DNA from: Octopus sinensis | Lineage: Eukaryota | DNA: 64,000 nucleotides | NCBI RefSeq assembly: GCF_006345805.1 | Contig: NC_042998.1 | Span: 56,544,001 to 56,608,000 of the forward strand | Direction of reading: 5' to 3' | Part shown: piece by piece, positions 1 to 12,800 of the stretch | Numbering within the stretch: the stretch's first letter is position 1 | Layout: each line of letters opens with the position of its first letter | Position numbers and translations under genes: made by a program | Notes under the pieces: generated by a model | Database searches by the model: none | Told to the model about the DNA's origin: nothing | The model's input: only the letters and a program-made list of their open reading frames with translations

Positions 1-40
1 AGATAGTAAAAATGGATACAACTAAAATCATATTTTATGA

Positions 41-482
41 TCTGAATGTGGACATTACCCACTACCCCCCGAGGGCGTTGAGAGGGTCCAGATGGGCAGT
101 AGAGAAAAAGGAGGCATTGGGAGAAAGGCAGTGGATTGGGAGACTTTTATGGATTTATAATATTATTATAATATTGTATACATCTGATTATGCTGAAGTC
201 TCAAGGAGGGTGCTTAAAGTAAGCACAAAGCTTGGGAACTTTTATAGAAGAGTAAAATGGTAGGTGTAATGTTGTGATGTTCACATGCTTGTGAAGTAGC
301 ACAATTGATTATGGAATCTGCTTACTTTCTTTTTACATGTTTTTTAACAACAGCATAGTTTCTGAAGTGGACACTACCCCCTACCCCACGAGGGCGTTGA
401 GAGGGTCCAGATGGGCAGTAGGGAAAAAGGAGGCATTGGGAGACGTTTATGGATTTATAATATTATTATAATATTGTATACA
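41..482. repeat. Local direct duplication (41-182 and 361-482)
   Basis: Shared GAGGGCGTTGAGAGGGTCCAGATGGGCAGTAG..ATGGATTTATAATATTATTATAATATTGTATACA. Confidence 0.85.
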
Positions 483-732
483 AATTATACAATATTATAT
501 TAAATATCAAATGATTCATAGTTTATATAAATTAGTAAAATATAGAATTTTCATTTATACATAAAAATAGGGGTGGGGTCGCTGAGGGTATTATGTGGCC
601 ATGGGGTGGGGTGGGGGGCAATGGCCCAAAAAGTTTGAGAACCTCTGAACTACAATCACAAGTACCATCAATTCTAATGGAACCTAAGTAGAGATACGCG
701 TGAACTTTTATCAAGACAAAAATTTAACTAAC

Positions 733-843
733 CTTCCAATGCGATGAATATAAGCGTTCACAGATTCTGGGAAGTCAAAGTTGATAACGTTTGAGACATT
801 GTAGAAATCAACACCTCGTGAAACACCACAGCCATCATTTTCC
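733..843 (-). CDS. DDX56: DDX56 exon 11 (motifs V-VI)
   Basis: [36 protein letters not shown]+AG; GTTAGT donor. Confidence 0.96.
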
Positions 844-3800
844 CTGTAATACATGCAAGGGAAATGTTATAAAAAAAAACAAACAAATAAGCAAAAACAC
901 TTGCTTTTTCCTTTATAAGGTCACACATAAGTCATTAAGCCACTTAGTCTTTATTCACAATAAATACATCCCTCCAGTTAAGCTACTCAGTCATCATTAA
1001 TATTCATTTTTGCATGCTTGCATGAGAGCCAGAGAAAATTTGTTGAGGTATGTTTCCTATTGTTGGATGCCATTGCTGTCACCAGTCCTCACATGTTTCC
1101 AAGCAAGGTAACATTTTCCCATTACTGGACACATTTTGATGGTTACAGCATGGCAAGAATGCATGGAAGGAAAGAGCTTTACACAGACTGGAAATCAACA
1201 ACTTTAACTCATTTACAACTACCACGCAAAGTCTAGATGAGGGCACATACAAACACATACACACACATATGTATGATGGGCTTCTTTCAGCTTCCATCTA
1301 TCAAATCCACTCAAAAGGTTTTGGATGGCCTGGAGCTAAAGTAGAAGATGCTTACCCAAGATGTCATACAGTGGGATTGAACCGAAGACCACATGTTTAG
1401 GAATCAAGCTTCTCAACCAAACAACCATCTGCACCAGTCATATATACATATACTTCTTTAATAACTGTAAAGTCTTATGGCACGTAAAAAACACCATTTG
1501 AGCATGGGCATTGCCAGTACCGCCTGACTGGCCCTCGTGCCCTTGGCACATAAAAGTACTCACTACACTCTCGGAGTGGTTAGCGTTAGGAAGGGCATCC
1601 AGCTGTAGAAATTTTGCCAGATCAAGATTGCAGCCATCTGGTTCGCCAGTCCTCAGTCAAATCGTCCAACCCATGCTAGCATGGAAAGCAGACGTTAAGC
1701 GATGATGATGATGATGATCTAAAGAGAACCACATGCTGGTTAGGATAATAAAAAATTTTTTTTTAAAGTTCCACTTATAATCACAGTTGCTATTTAGCTC
1801 CAGGTCAACAGATCAATCCAGACCAAAAAGACCTATGATCAAAGGGATTCCAGCCATGACATCACTTACTTTTTTTGAGGGAGTGGTGGTTATCTAGAAC
1901 TACATTATCAAGTGTGAGTCCTTCCTGTTTCAAGATAGTTTGAAAGATTTGGTCGCTTTTATTAGCAGGTTGAGTGACCATAGAAGCTCCATTACTGACT
2001 TGTCAAAAATGAATGGCATTGTGGCAGAAAGGGCATCAAGATACAGAACAAGTCTAAATGAATTTTACTAACTGAAGCACAAAAAAAAAAAAAAAAAAAA
2101 ACGAAATAGAAAATTGCAACATTACTTTTTTGTTTTCTTTTTAGTGTCTTCAGCATCATCTTCAAAAATCTGTTCATCAGTAGCTATTATGTTATCATAT
2201 ACTGCTCTGTTGAATTCATCTACTATGTTACATCTGAAAGTCAAGAACATTTTTACAGTTACACAATACAGAATTCATAGAACTGGTGATGACTCTAGTG
2301 CATTCTTTCTAACAGTAAGGAGGTAGTTGAGGATTGGAATAAAATCAATGCAAATCAATGTAAGCCTGTTCTATATCTAACACAAACTCACAAGATATTG
2401 GTTACCTGCATACCACATGGAGATCCTCATCATCATTTAAAGCAGTGGTTCTCAACCATGGTCTATATAAGAATTTTGGGGGCCCACACAACAACATAGT
2501 AATTTGGGGATCCACAATATTTTAAGGCTGCTGAAAAGGTGTATGTATTGGTGTGTATTGCAAGAAACAGCCAGGTTTCTTTCTCAAACGTTCTACATAG
2601 TTCAATCTACACAAGTTAATGTGTGAAAAACAAAATAGGAATTTTTAAAGAAACACTCATGGAATGTGTAGTGATGCCAGGTTCCAGATGCCATTTTGGA
2701 ATTTTCATATGTCAGCGCAAGGATTAGTGTCTTCCAGAAGGCCTGCCAGAAGTCCCTTATGTGCATGCGCAGTAATCAGCAGCAGCTAGCTTTTACCGCC
2801 ATTCTTTCTTTTGCTTCCTGCTGCCGACAGAATCAGACACGACCAGACAAGCTCCGAGTGAAGGCAAAATACAACTTGGCAGGCTGTGAAGAATGCCTTC
2901 AACAACAGTGATTTAAATCGACTCTGCTGGTTCCAACCCCAGACGTCCAGGCTACCAATGTCCAGAAATGAAATGCTTATTTCGGCGAAAATAAATTATT
3001 ATTGTTATTTGTTCGGAGATTTGTGTTCCTGCTATTTTTTCCTTTCTACAACTATGTAAGGAAATGTGAGGCACCCAACAATTGCCAACATCACATTCAA
3101 CTACAAATGTGACGAAATGAGGCTTATTTTTCAACATAGTCCCCCTTGCAGACCATCCAACTCTTGTGTTCTATGACACAAACTTTGTTTCAAAGCTATT
3201 TAAATTAATACCTTCCATCAAAATTTGTTGATTTGTCCAAATACCAGGAAGACTAAAGAAGTTAGCTTAAATAATAATAATAATTAGAAAATAAACTTAC
3301 CGAGAAGTTAGTGGCATCTCATTATTAAGTATACAAGATTTTATTCCAAATTGCTGCAGGAACATTTTCAATCTGTATTATGAAGAAATAATTACAAAGA
3401 TCATTAAAAAATGTCTCTTTGTAAGTACAGGGTGTATTTTTGTAGTGAAGAACATAACTAAGTGAATAAACCCAAGTACAGTATTAACATTTATCATGAG
3501 CTAAAGAGAAAATTCCTATGATGGTCACTTGTTACAAATCACAGCCAAATCTCTCTCAAATCATACCCCTCTAGGATAAAATATTCACATTATTTACAGT
3601 GTTTTATATATCAAAACATATTTATGTGCGAATAATGCAAACATATGTATTCCAGTATACAGGAGATTGATATTTACTAAATTTTACTGAAACTGCATAG
3701 ATAATTAGTTTTAAGAGTATAAGACAGTATACAATGACCAGTTACATAAGACACTGTGATAAAACAATGACTGAAAATTTTAAAAAATGTGCTTTATGTT

Positions 3801-6800
3801 ATTGATTGATACTCTTTCAAACCTTTATATATTCATCTAAGCAAATTAGTCCTTAGATAATACAAAGACTAATTAAAGAAAATATCATTACTTGCCATCA
3901 TATAATTGGAGAAAAGGTAGGATAAAGTCATAACTCATAGGTTATTCCTCAGCCTGGAGACTTGGCCTTAATGCTTGTAAAAGAGTGAACTTTGCTACAG
4001 GTACCCAAGGACTAGGTGGGCATATTAGACTGAGCAACAGATTCAGCATACCACTCGGGAACAAATAATGTCCCTCCAAGAAAACCCCATACTGTTTTCA
4101 CTCATCCACTTTTCCTTATAAGGTTTACATTTTGCAGAGGCTAAGACACTAGCCTAAGGTACTAGTGGGAACCTAGAACCACATAATTTTGAACCAAACT
4201 CCTTAATCACACAGCCATTTTTTGTTGCTATAGGCAACAATATCTATTATTCTACATTAGGTTGAAGGAACAATTTCTCACTATTGTTTATCAATCTTTC
4301 ATATCAAGGTGAGACAGTCATTAATAATTAAGTGTAAAGTAAGATATTTAATATATCTTATTCTGTCTACTTGATGCTTTCTCATAAGTAGTTTCTTTTT
4401 TAGCAATTTTTATATTGCAGCAAAATTTCCCACCAAAATTATAGCTATACAGTGGTAACCATTATCTACATAATGAAGAAATGCATTACATATGATGGTT
4501 CCTTTAAGCTAAAGGTGATTCTACTCAGTTGAAAACAGCAACATCTGCGAAGCTTCAAGAGGGTTTGCAGTTATTAAGAGTAGCATCAGATATTAAAGGA
4601 ATTACCAGTGATGCCCAAGGGAACACTAGTTGTCTATCTGGATCTAGGAAGAGCCTCATTTGACAAGAGTTGAAATTTTAAGATATTATAGCTATATTGT
4701 TACAGATCTCTATATGCAGCTACAAACCAAAAGATAAAAGGTATGAGATGTTCAATGTTTGATGTCGATATTTTAGAAGAAAAATCAATGACTACACTTA
4801 TGTTGGAGAACCAAGATTTCACATAAATTCCCCAGTGATTTGGATTTCAGTCACATCTATGTTTTTGATTTGAGACGGGGACAGAGAAATTTTCACTTCA
4901 ATCAAAAGACAAAAATTGCCATGTTTTTTGAGATGCCACAAAAAATAATTTTAGATAATAGAGACATCAATTCATGTAAGGGCAAAAGGAAACAAAATGG
5001 TCACATTTTACAACTGTTTTACTTACTGGCATACTGTCAGTTACAACAACAAGGGTTCCAGTTGATTGGATCAATGGAACAGCCAGCTTGGGAAATAAAT
5101 GTGCATGTGGCTGAGCGCTCCACAGACACATGTTCTCTTAACATAGTTCTCAAAGAGATTCAGCGTGACACAGAGTATGACAAGGCTGGCCCTTTGAAAT
5201 AAGGTACTGCTCATTTCTTTCTAGCTGAGTGGATTGAAGCAACGTGAAATAGTGTCTTGCTCAAGGACACAATGCGTCACCGGGAATTGAACTCACAACC
5301 TTACAATCATGAGCCAAATACCTAAACCACTAAACCACTCACCTTCACACGACTGTATAGTGCTGTACAGTACCAATGGAATCAAATTACAATCAATGAT
5401 TATATTTAAACACATAAATATATATATATATATATATGCAAAGTTAATATTGTTCTATACACCATGCAAACTTTTGAATATACAGAATTATTCCACCTAA
5501 AGTAGCAGGGAAAAATATATGCATAAATATAAAAAAAAGAATACAAGAACATCCATAAATAAATTTTACCTGTAGGACTCATCAATTGTGTTGACGAACA
5601 TTAAGGATCTTCCGCGAATTAACTTCAGTTTGAACAGAGCACACATCAAAGCATATTTGTCATCATCTTCCACCCTGTCATAAAGATACAAACATTTTTA
5701 AAGGTAAGCAATGTTAGTAAAACATTAACTGGTAGCAAGATATAGAAAATGAGAGAGTGAAGATATATGTGTACACTGGCACAAAGCCACCTCCCTCAAT
5801 ACTGCTCCTCACCAGTCAAGGGGACTTTGTCTTATAAGGTTACATGGTGACCCTGCCAGTGCTGGTGTCACAGAATAAAGCACTATACTCTGTAAAGTGG
5901 TTGCCACTAGGAAAATGAATGTTAAATGATGATGATCATTATATATATATATATATATATATGATGTACAGGCATGGCTGTGTGGTTAAAAAGCATGCTT
6001 TACTACCTTGCAGGTCAGTATAACTGTGTCACATGGGGAGCCTTCTACTATAGCCCCAAGTCAACCAGCCTGGTGAATGGATTTGATAGATGGAAACAAA
6101 ACAAAGCCAATACTACATACACATATATATATATAAATCCAAAAATGGAACAAGAATGCAACAGACAACAATAAAACATTCAGACAGATAGACAATACAA
6201 AGACAGACAGGAAAAAACAAGGACGGGTCATTCGCAGCCTTCTCTCATCAGTCAAGTTTTCAGATCATCCTTACAGTTTTGGCCAGTTCAAATCTGGCTG
6301 GCCCCAAAAATCTAAGCTAAGAGCAATGAATTTTTTGGGAGAAAGCAAAGGAATTTGTATGACAACAAAGATAAAAAGACAGAGAAAATGTTACAAAATT
6401 ACAAATACAAACAAGAAAATAACAACAGGTGTCATTTGACCAATAAAGACGAATCAAGTTGAGCTGGCATGTGTAGAGTAAAAACCTTGAGGAGGAATAT
6501 AGGAGATGAACATAAGAGATGAAAGTCACGAGACAGGAATATAAGAGATGCTTTGTGGCTGGCAGTTGAGCCAAGAAAGAAAGATCATGCTTGGCCAAAC
6601 ACCAGTCACACACACACATATATATTTATATGTACGAATGTATGCATATATATACACACACACACATGTGAAGTATTGAAGTATTTACAAAAAAGAAAAT
6701 CATTTTTACTTTTGAAAAAAAAAATTAAAAAAAAACAAGAATAGCTAGAATACTCACATAATGTGATATTGCATCAAGTGTTCTGGTATCTGAGGTTCTT

Positions 6801-9800
6801 CAAGTTTCAAAACCACCTAAATGATTAACAAAAAGTAAGAAAATGTTCTAACAATATTGACAATAAGTGCAAAAATGTGTGCCTGTAGTTTGGTACTTTC
6901 TACAATAAGATCAGTGATTCTTATGTAATGTCTGCAGAAAGGAAATGTTACTCTTCAAAGTATGTGGGTAAACTTTGAGTAGAATGAAGGAAAGATTGCA
7001 ATTGTTGCAATATAAGTTGATGGGTACTGTAAGGGTAAAGCAGGGGTCCTCAGAATAATGTTCCACATATAACACTTAAGGAAAGCATGAGAGAGAGAGA
7101 GAGACAGACAGACTGAAAAATGCCATGCAGGAAATTTGGTGCAATAGACAGGTTTGAATGAAAGTAGGGAAGAATTAAGAGATAATCAGCAAAATCTGAA
7201 AAACAAAGCCTGTTATGTTAATGGTATAAAGTGGTTCTAGGATGAAAAAATAATGCAGTCTAAGATATCAAGGACTCAAAGCAATACATCATTCTAGATA
7301 AAGGAACAATATTCCATAGCAAAAAATAAATTTGGGTTTGGGCAAATGTCCAGAAATAGTCATGGTTGAATATTTCTTTGTATAAAATAGAAAATTGGAA
7401 TTGTTAAAATATGTAGATTTCAAGATAGGTCACTGGAGATGGTGAAAAAGTTTGTATGCTTATAGTAGGAAACATGACTATATTTGATAGGTTAGATGTA
7501 CTTAGCAGAGGAGGACTTTCACTGAAATCTATATCCTTGCAAGTCATTTTAAGTTTTGGAAAGTATGTCAGACTGCTGTTTAGTTGAGGAGGTCTCATAA
7601 AATCGAAACATATACAGAGTTATTACCACAATCAAACTCAGCTTGCACTATATCTGCCTAATCAATTAGAGTTCTCTCCCTTGTTCTTGATAATTGCTAT
7701 TAATTCTCTTTATTTACTTTTCCTTAAAGAATGTAAGTTCAATAGGCTTAAAATTCTTTTTATTACATTATATTTAGTATGTTAGCCCACAATTAATTAT
7801 AAAGCTCCATCACCTTTGAAAGTGTTATAATGGAAGGTATATATGTTTAGCAGGCATGAAGTGATTACACTAATATTATGTAGGCATTCACTAAATATTA
7901 AAAATGATTCATATTTCACAAATCAATAAACTGTAAATGCCCACCACCTAAAAATATAGGCAACTGTCCATTAGATATAGTAGCACCTCTAATGACTACC
8001 CGTAAAGCATGAAAAAGATTAAGGGGAAAGGAAATTACAGGTATCATGTGCAAGCATACCTATATCATTTGTTTGTTCTATGTCTACTTTTCCATACTGT
8101 TTGCTTTCCAATTCCAGGCTTCAGTCTTAGTGTGGCACCTTAGACAAATGTCTTTTATTACAGTCCCATACTGATCAAAACCTTGTCAGTGGGTTTGGCA
8201 AACAGAAACCAAAACAAACCCATTTTGTACCTATGTGTGTGTGTTTGTGTCTCTTGCTCTGACATTATGTGATAGTTGTAAATGTGTGTCACTGTCATAC
8301 CAGCAGTGTTGTTCATTTTCAATCTTCTGTGAAAACATTTTTTGTTATGGGAGATATTATCTTACTTGGAAACAGGTGGGGGTTGGCAACAGGAAGGGTA
8401 TATCTGGATGTAGAAAATCTGCCTCAGCAAGCATGGTGAAGTTGAAGATGATGATGAGTTATGGGCTGGGTAAAGAGTTACTGAGGCAGTATTTTATGGT
8501 CAAATAAAATAGGTGGCGAGCTGGTAGAAACGTTAGCACGCCTGCCAAAATGCTTAGCGGTATTTTGTCTGCCGCTACGTTCTGAGTTCAAATTCCGCTA
8601 AGGTCGACTTTACCTTTCATCCTTCCGGGGTCGATATAATCAACTTAATCCGTTTGTCTGTCCTTGTTTGTCCTCTCTGTGTTTAGCCCCTTGTGGGTAG
8701 TAAAGAAATAAGTATTTTATGGTCAAATGGCATTCTTCTTCTTTCCACCCATACCTGTTTTTCAAGTAAGGTACTCTTTATTCCACTGGTCATCACACAC
8801 GTAGAGTTATTTGATGTATTGTTTACAGAAAATCTAATAAACGCAACATCACTCAGGTGGTGACATGCAAGGACACTAGGAACATAAACATTCGTGATTA
8901 AAAACACATTGTAGCATATTAAGTAATTTTAACATTTACAGTGAAGAAGGCAACCCCCACCTGTGCTGTATCATGATGAAAGCCTTTTCCTTGGTACATC
9001 CTACAGAGTGCTTAGTGAACAAGTACAAGACAAGGTTGAGAGGTCCTTTTATATCTGACTCACTGAGAACTTCACAACCTCTATAATGTTAGTACTATGA
9101 GAGAATGCACCTGGTGGTACATACTGTAAAGTGGTTGGCAAACAAACAGAGAAGTGTCGGATTGGGAGGACCATCTAGTCTTGTCTTGCCAACTTCAAGT
9201 TTCATCTGATGTTTTATTCAATCAGACTCATTGAATATAAAAGTGATGAGGTAGGATCAAAACATATGATGTAAAAAATAGTTCGATCTATTCCAGCAGA
9301 ATAAAATGAAGGTGAAAATGATGTGATATTACAAACACAAACTATATCAATACAGGCAAAATTGATGGAGTTAAAGCATGCTTAAATGCAATAAAATAAT
9401 AAAAGAAATTAACTGATGCTTACAGCATTATGCAATATCATCTTTTTCAAAGTGTTGATGTCAGTATTCAGTGTTGCAGTGACCCAAAGAGATTGATAAA
9501 TTTTGGGGAAATGCCTGAAATAGGTATATATTTTTATATAAGAAATAAAGAAAAAAAGCCAAAAATAAAATTTAAAATAAGAATACAAGACAAAACTCTA
9601 TATTATGTCGTGGTAATAATTTTCTTGGCAGTGATCACCAAATCTCAATAATACTAAAACTCTAGAAGATGTTTGTTTGTTCCCGAAATATCTCAGAAAT
9701 AGTATATTTGTTTTAATTATTTTCAAGCAAATACCATTACAAAAATTTTTTTTGGCATATTTAAAAAATATTTTAAAGTGAAAAGACTTTAAAAATATGG

Positions 9801-12800
9801 TAAATATTTCGTAAAAGACCCGTTCATGCATTCAACATATCTCAGCTCTAAAGATTTGGCTACTATTTCTAGCACACTCTGCTACCACGTAACAGCTATT
9901 TGCAATAAAAGACCTGAAATACTTGTTACGTGGTAGCAGGGTGTGCAAGAAATAGTAGCCAAATCTTTCCTTTTCTGGGAAAAGGAGCCATTTATGCATG
10001 ATTTTGCATGCAAAATAACCTGGAAAAGAAAAAAAAAAACCCACAAAACAAATCCCCATTGCTGAGAAACTCAGGCTCTTCAGGTGACCCAACGGGTCAA
10101 CACAAACACGCATATGCTATATGTGACATATACACACATATAGTCTTTGCACACTCTGTTTATCACTCTCTAAGAAAAAAAAAAAACGTCGACTTTCTGA
10201 CGTACACACACTGACATAGGTTGTCCCTACTCTTTATTACAGGAAACATTATCAATATTAATTGCAGCATGGAAGACATTTGTAAGCCATTAAAGAACAC
10301 ACAAAAATCATTAATTTCACTTCAACATTTGAAACCACAACCTGTTTAGTGACAAAACTTCATGCTGCACAAAGTTTTCAGTGAACAGGTCGCGGTTTCA
10401 AAGTGCCGAAAATATTTTGACACAAATTAAATTTAAATGTTGAAGTGAAGCTAACGGCTTTCGTGTGCTCTGAAATGGCTTACAAACATCTTCTATGCTG
10501 CAATTGTTTTTGTTTCAGCATGCAATCTCAGATCAAGTCACTTGCTATGTAAGTACATCTCTGTAATTATCAATGTCCTTCCAGACAATGTATTCATCTT
10601 TATCTTATTAAAACTCTATCAACACAAACACACGTACACTATCTGTGACATATACACACACATACTTTGCACTCTCTCTATCCCTCTCTATTGACCTTCT
10701 TTCAATGTTTGGCAGTTTTGAAAATTTTCAATCAATCCTTGTATTTCTTGCACAGATAAAAAAAAAAGATTTACATCAGCCTACATTAACTAGAGTTTGA
10801 AACAAAAATCAAAAATAGTTCACACACACAAACATTCATACTCTCACACACTAAATCAAATAGTAAAAACAATTACTTGAGTAAAGCTTTCATATCATTG
10901 ATGTAACCAAATGCTAGGAGTAGGTCTGCTTCATCAATAACCAGAAATTCCATACTGTCCTTTAGAAATAAGTTATTTGCACCAATATGAGCAAGAATTC
11001 TTGATGGTGTACCAACAACAATATCAGGTTTTTCCATTAAAATAGGCCTGGAATAAAAAGAGGAATATATATATATAATTAATGAAAAAAAAAACGAATT
11101 TCTATCTTAAATTACAAAGTATTTTGCCTTCCATGTGACAGTGAATAATGCCTTATGGATCAACTACAGAAGGAAAAGCTAAAAAGGTGATGCTCAAATA
11201 GGGACTGCATAAATATACCAATCTGGCTTGTGACCAACTGTGCCGAGCTTAATTCTCTTCATACAAATTATTATAGAAGGGAATCAGAAACATTGTGACA
11301 TGGCTCTTCCTAAGAAGGTTGGGAAAATGAGAGCAGTTTATACCATGAATGAAAATTGATATGTGGACAAGCCAAACACGGGAGCCTTTCTGTAGCCCCT
11401 CAATCTGCTAAAATTTCCCTTAAAACTGAAACTAATGTTAGAAAAAATATAAAAGTGAAAAGCCTGCACTTGTGGATAAACTATAACAGGTGATGTACAG
11501 ATGTAGTTTACCATGAATATATTTCTCCATCTCTCAATCTGCTACATTGTTGTACATCATCACCATTTAGCGTCCGCTTTCCATGCTAGCATGGGTTGGA
11601 CGGTTCAACTGGGGTCTGTGAAGCCAGAAGGCTGCACCAGGCCCAGTCTGATCTGGCAGTATTTCTACGGCTGGATGCCCTTCATAACGCCAACCACTCC
11701 GTGAGTGTAGTGGGTGCTTTTTATGTGCCGACCGCACAGGTGCCAGACGGAGCTGGCAAACGGCCACAAACAGATGGTGCTTTTACGTGCCACCGGCACG
11801 GGGGCCAGGCGAGGCTGGCAACGGACACGAACGGATGGTGCTTTTACATGCCACCGGCACGGGGGCCAGGCGAGGCTGGCAACGTTATAACAATATTATT
11901 TCTGACATTGATATGAATCTGGTTATTTTTCTAAATGTTATTAATGTTCTAACTGAAGAATGAAAAAAAAATACAAACTTTGCACATAGAAACCTTTTGG
12001 CCAACCAAAACACTATCTATTGTTCATGCAACTCTTAAATAACCAGAAATGTTTACATGTTAAAATTAAACAATCTCAGCACAATGTTAATGCTTGTGCA
12101 GACAATAGGAAAACAAAACACATATACAAAATCGCTTTCTTTTATCAATTCCACTCACATAGCATTGGTCAGCCAGAGGCGAAATAGGGAAATGATGATA
12201 TCTTAGAAAAAAAGATAACAATGGATAACATTACCTTTTTTTTTTTGCTTCTAGTTCACCAGAGGCAGACACAATGATAAATATTAGGATGATGAGAAAA
12301 GATCAAAATGGTAATGAAGAATACTGCTGCCACCACTTCAGGCACCACCAGTTTTACATCCTTTTCTCCTCAATTCAACAATTTTCCTCTTCTGACATAA
12401 GGTCTAATCTTCTTAGATTTGCCATAACTACTCCTCAGTTAATCCTTACACTGCTTCTACAGAAGATGTCTTTTTAATGCTAGCACTCGAAACTAATTCT
12501 TACTCAAAGAATCATCATGTTCCTTGTTAGAACTTGATGAAAAATTATCCCTTTTAAGCATGCATTTTTATTATTATGGCAAGCTGACAGAATCATTTGC
12601 ATGCCAGACAAAATACTTAGTTGCATTACTTCTGACTGTACATTCTGAGTTCTAATTCCACCGAAGTTGACTTTGCTTTTATTCTTTCAGGTTGACAAAT
12701 TAAGTAATAGTCAAGCACTGGGATCTATGTAATTGACTAGCCCCCCTCCCTCAAAATTTCAAGCCTTGTACCTCTTGTAGAAAGGATTATCATCATCATT

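Noticed and set aside
2696-3175. GC-richer block with a 71-aa ORF in DDX56 intron 9
   Set aside because: Probably DNA-transposon debris (GDYVEK* mariner-like end on minus near 3130-3150); too degraded to call
6225-6260. CTGATGA..CGAA hammerhead-like text on the minus strand
   Set aside because: GAAT instead of GAAA and no stem I pairing
12436-12518. C/D-box snoRNA-like spacing (ATGATGA..CTGA) on the DDX56 strand
   Set aside because: No terminal stem and no rRNA-complementary guide I could recognise
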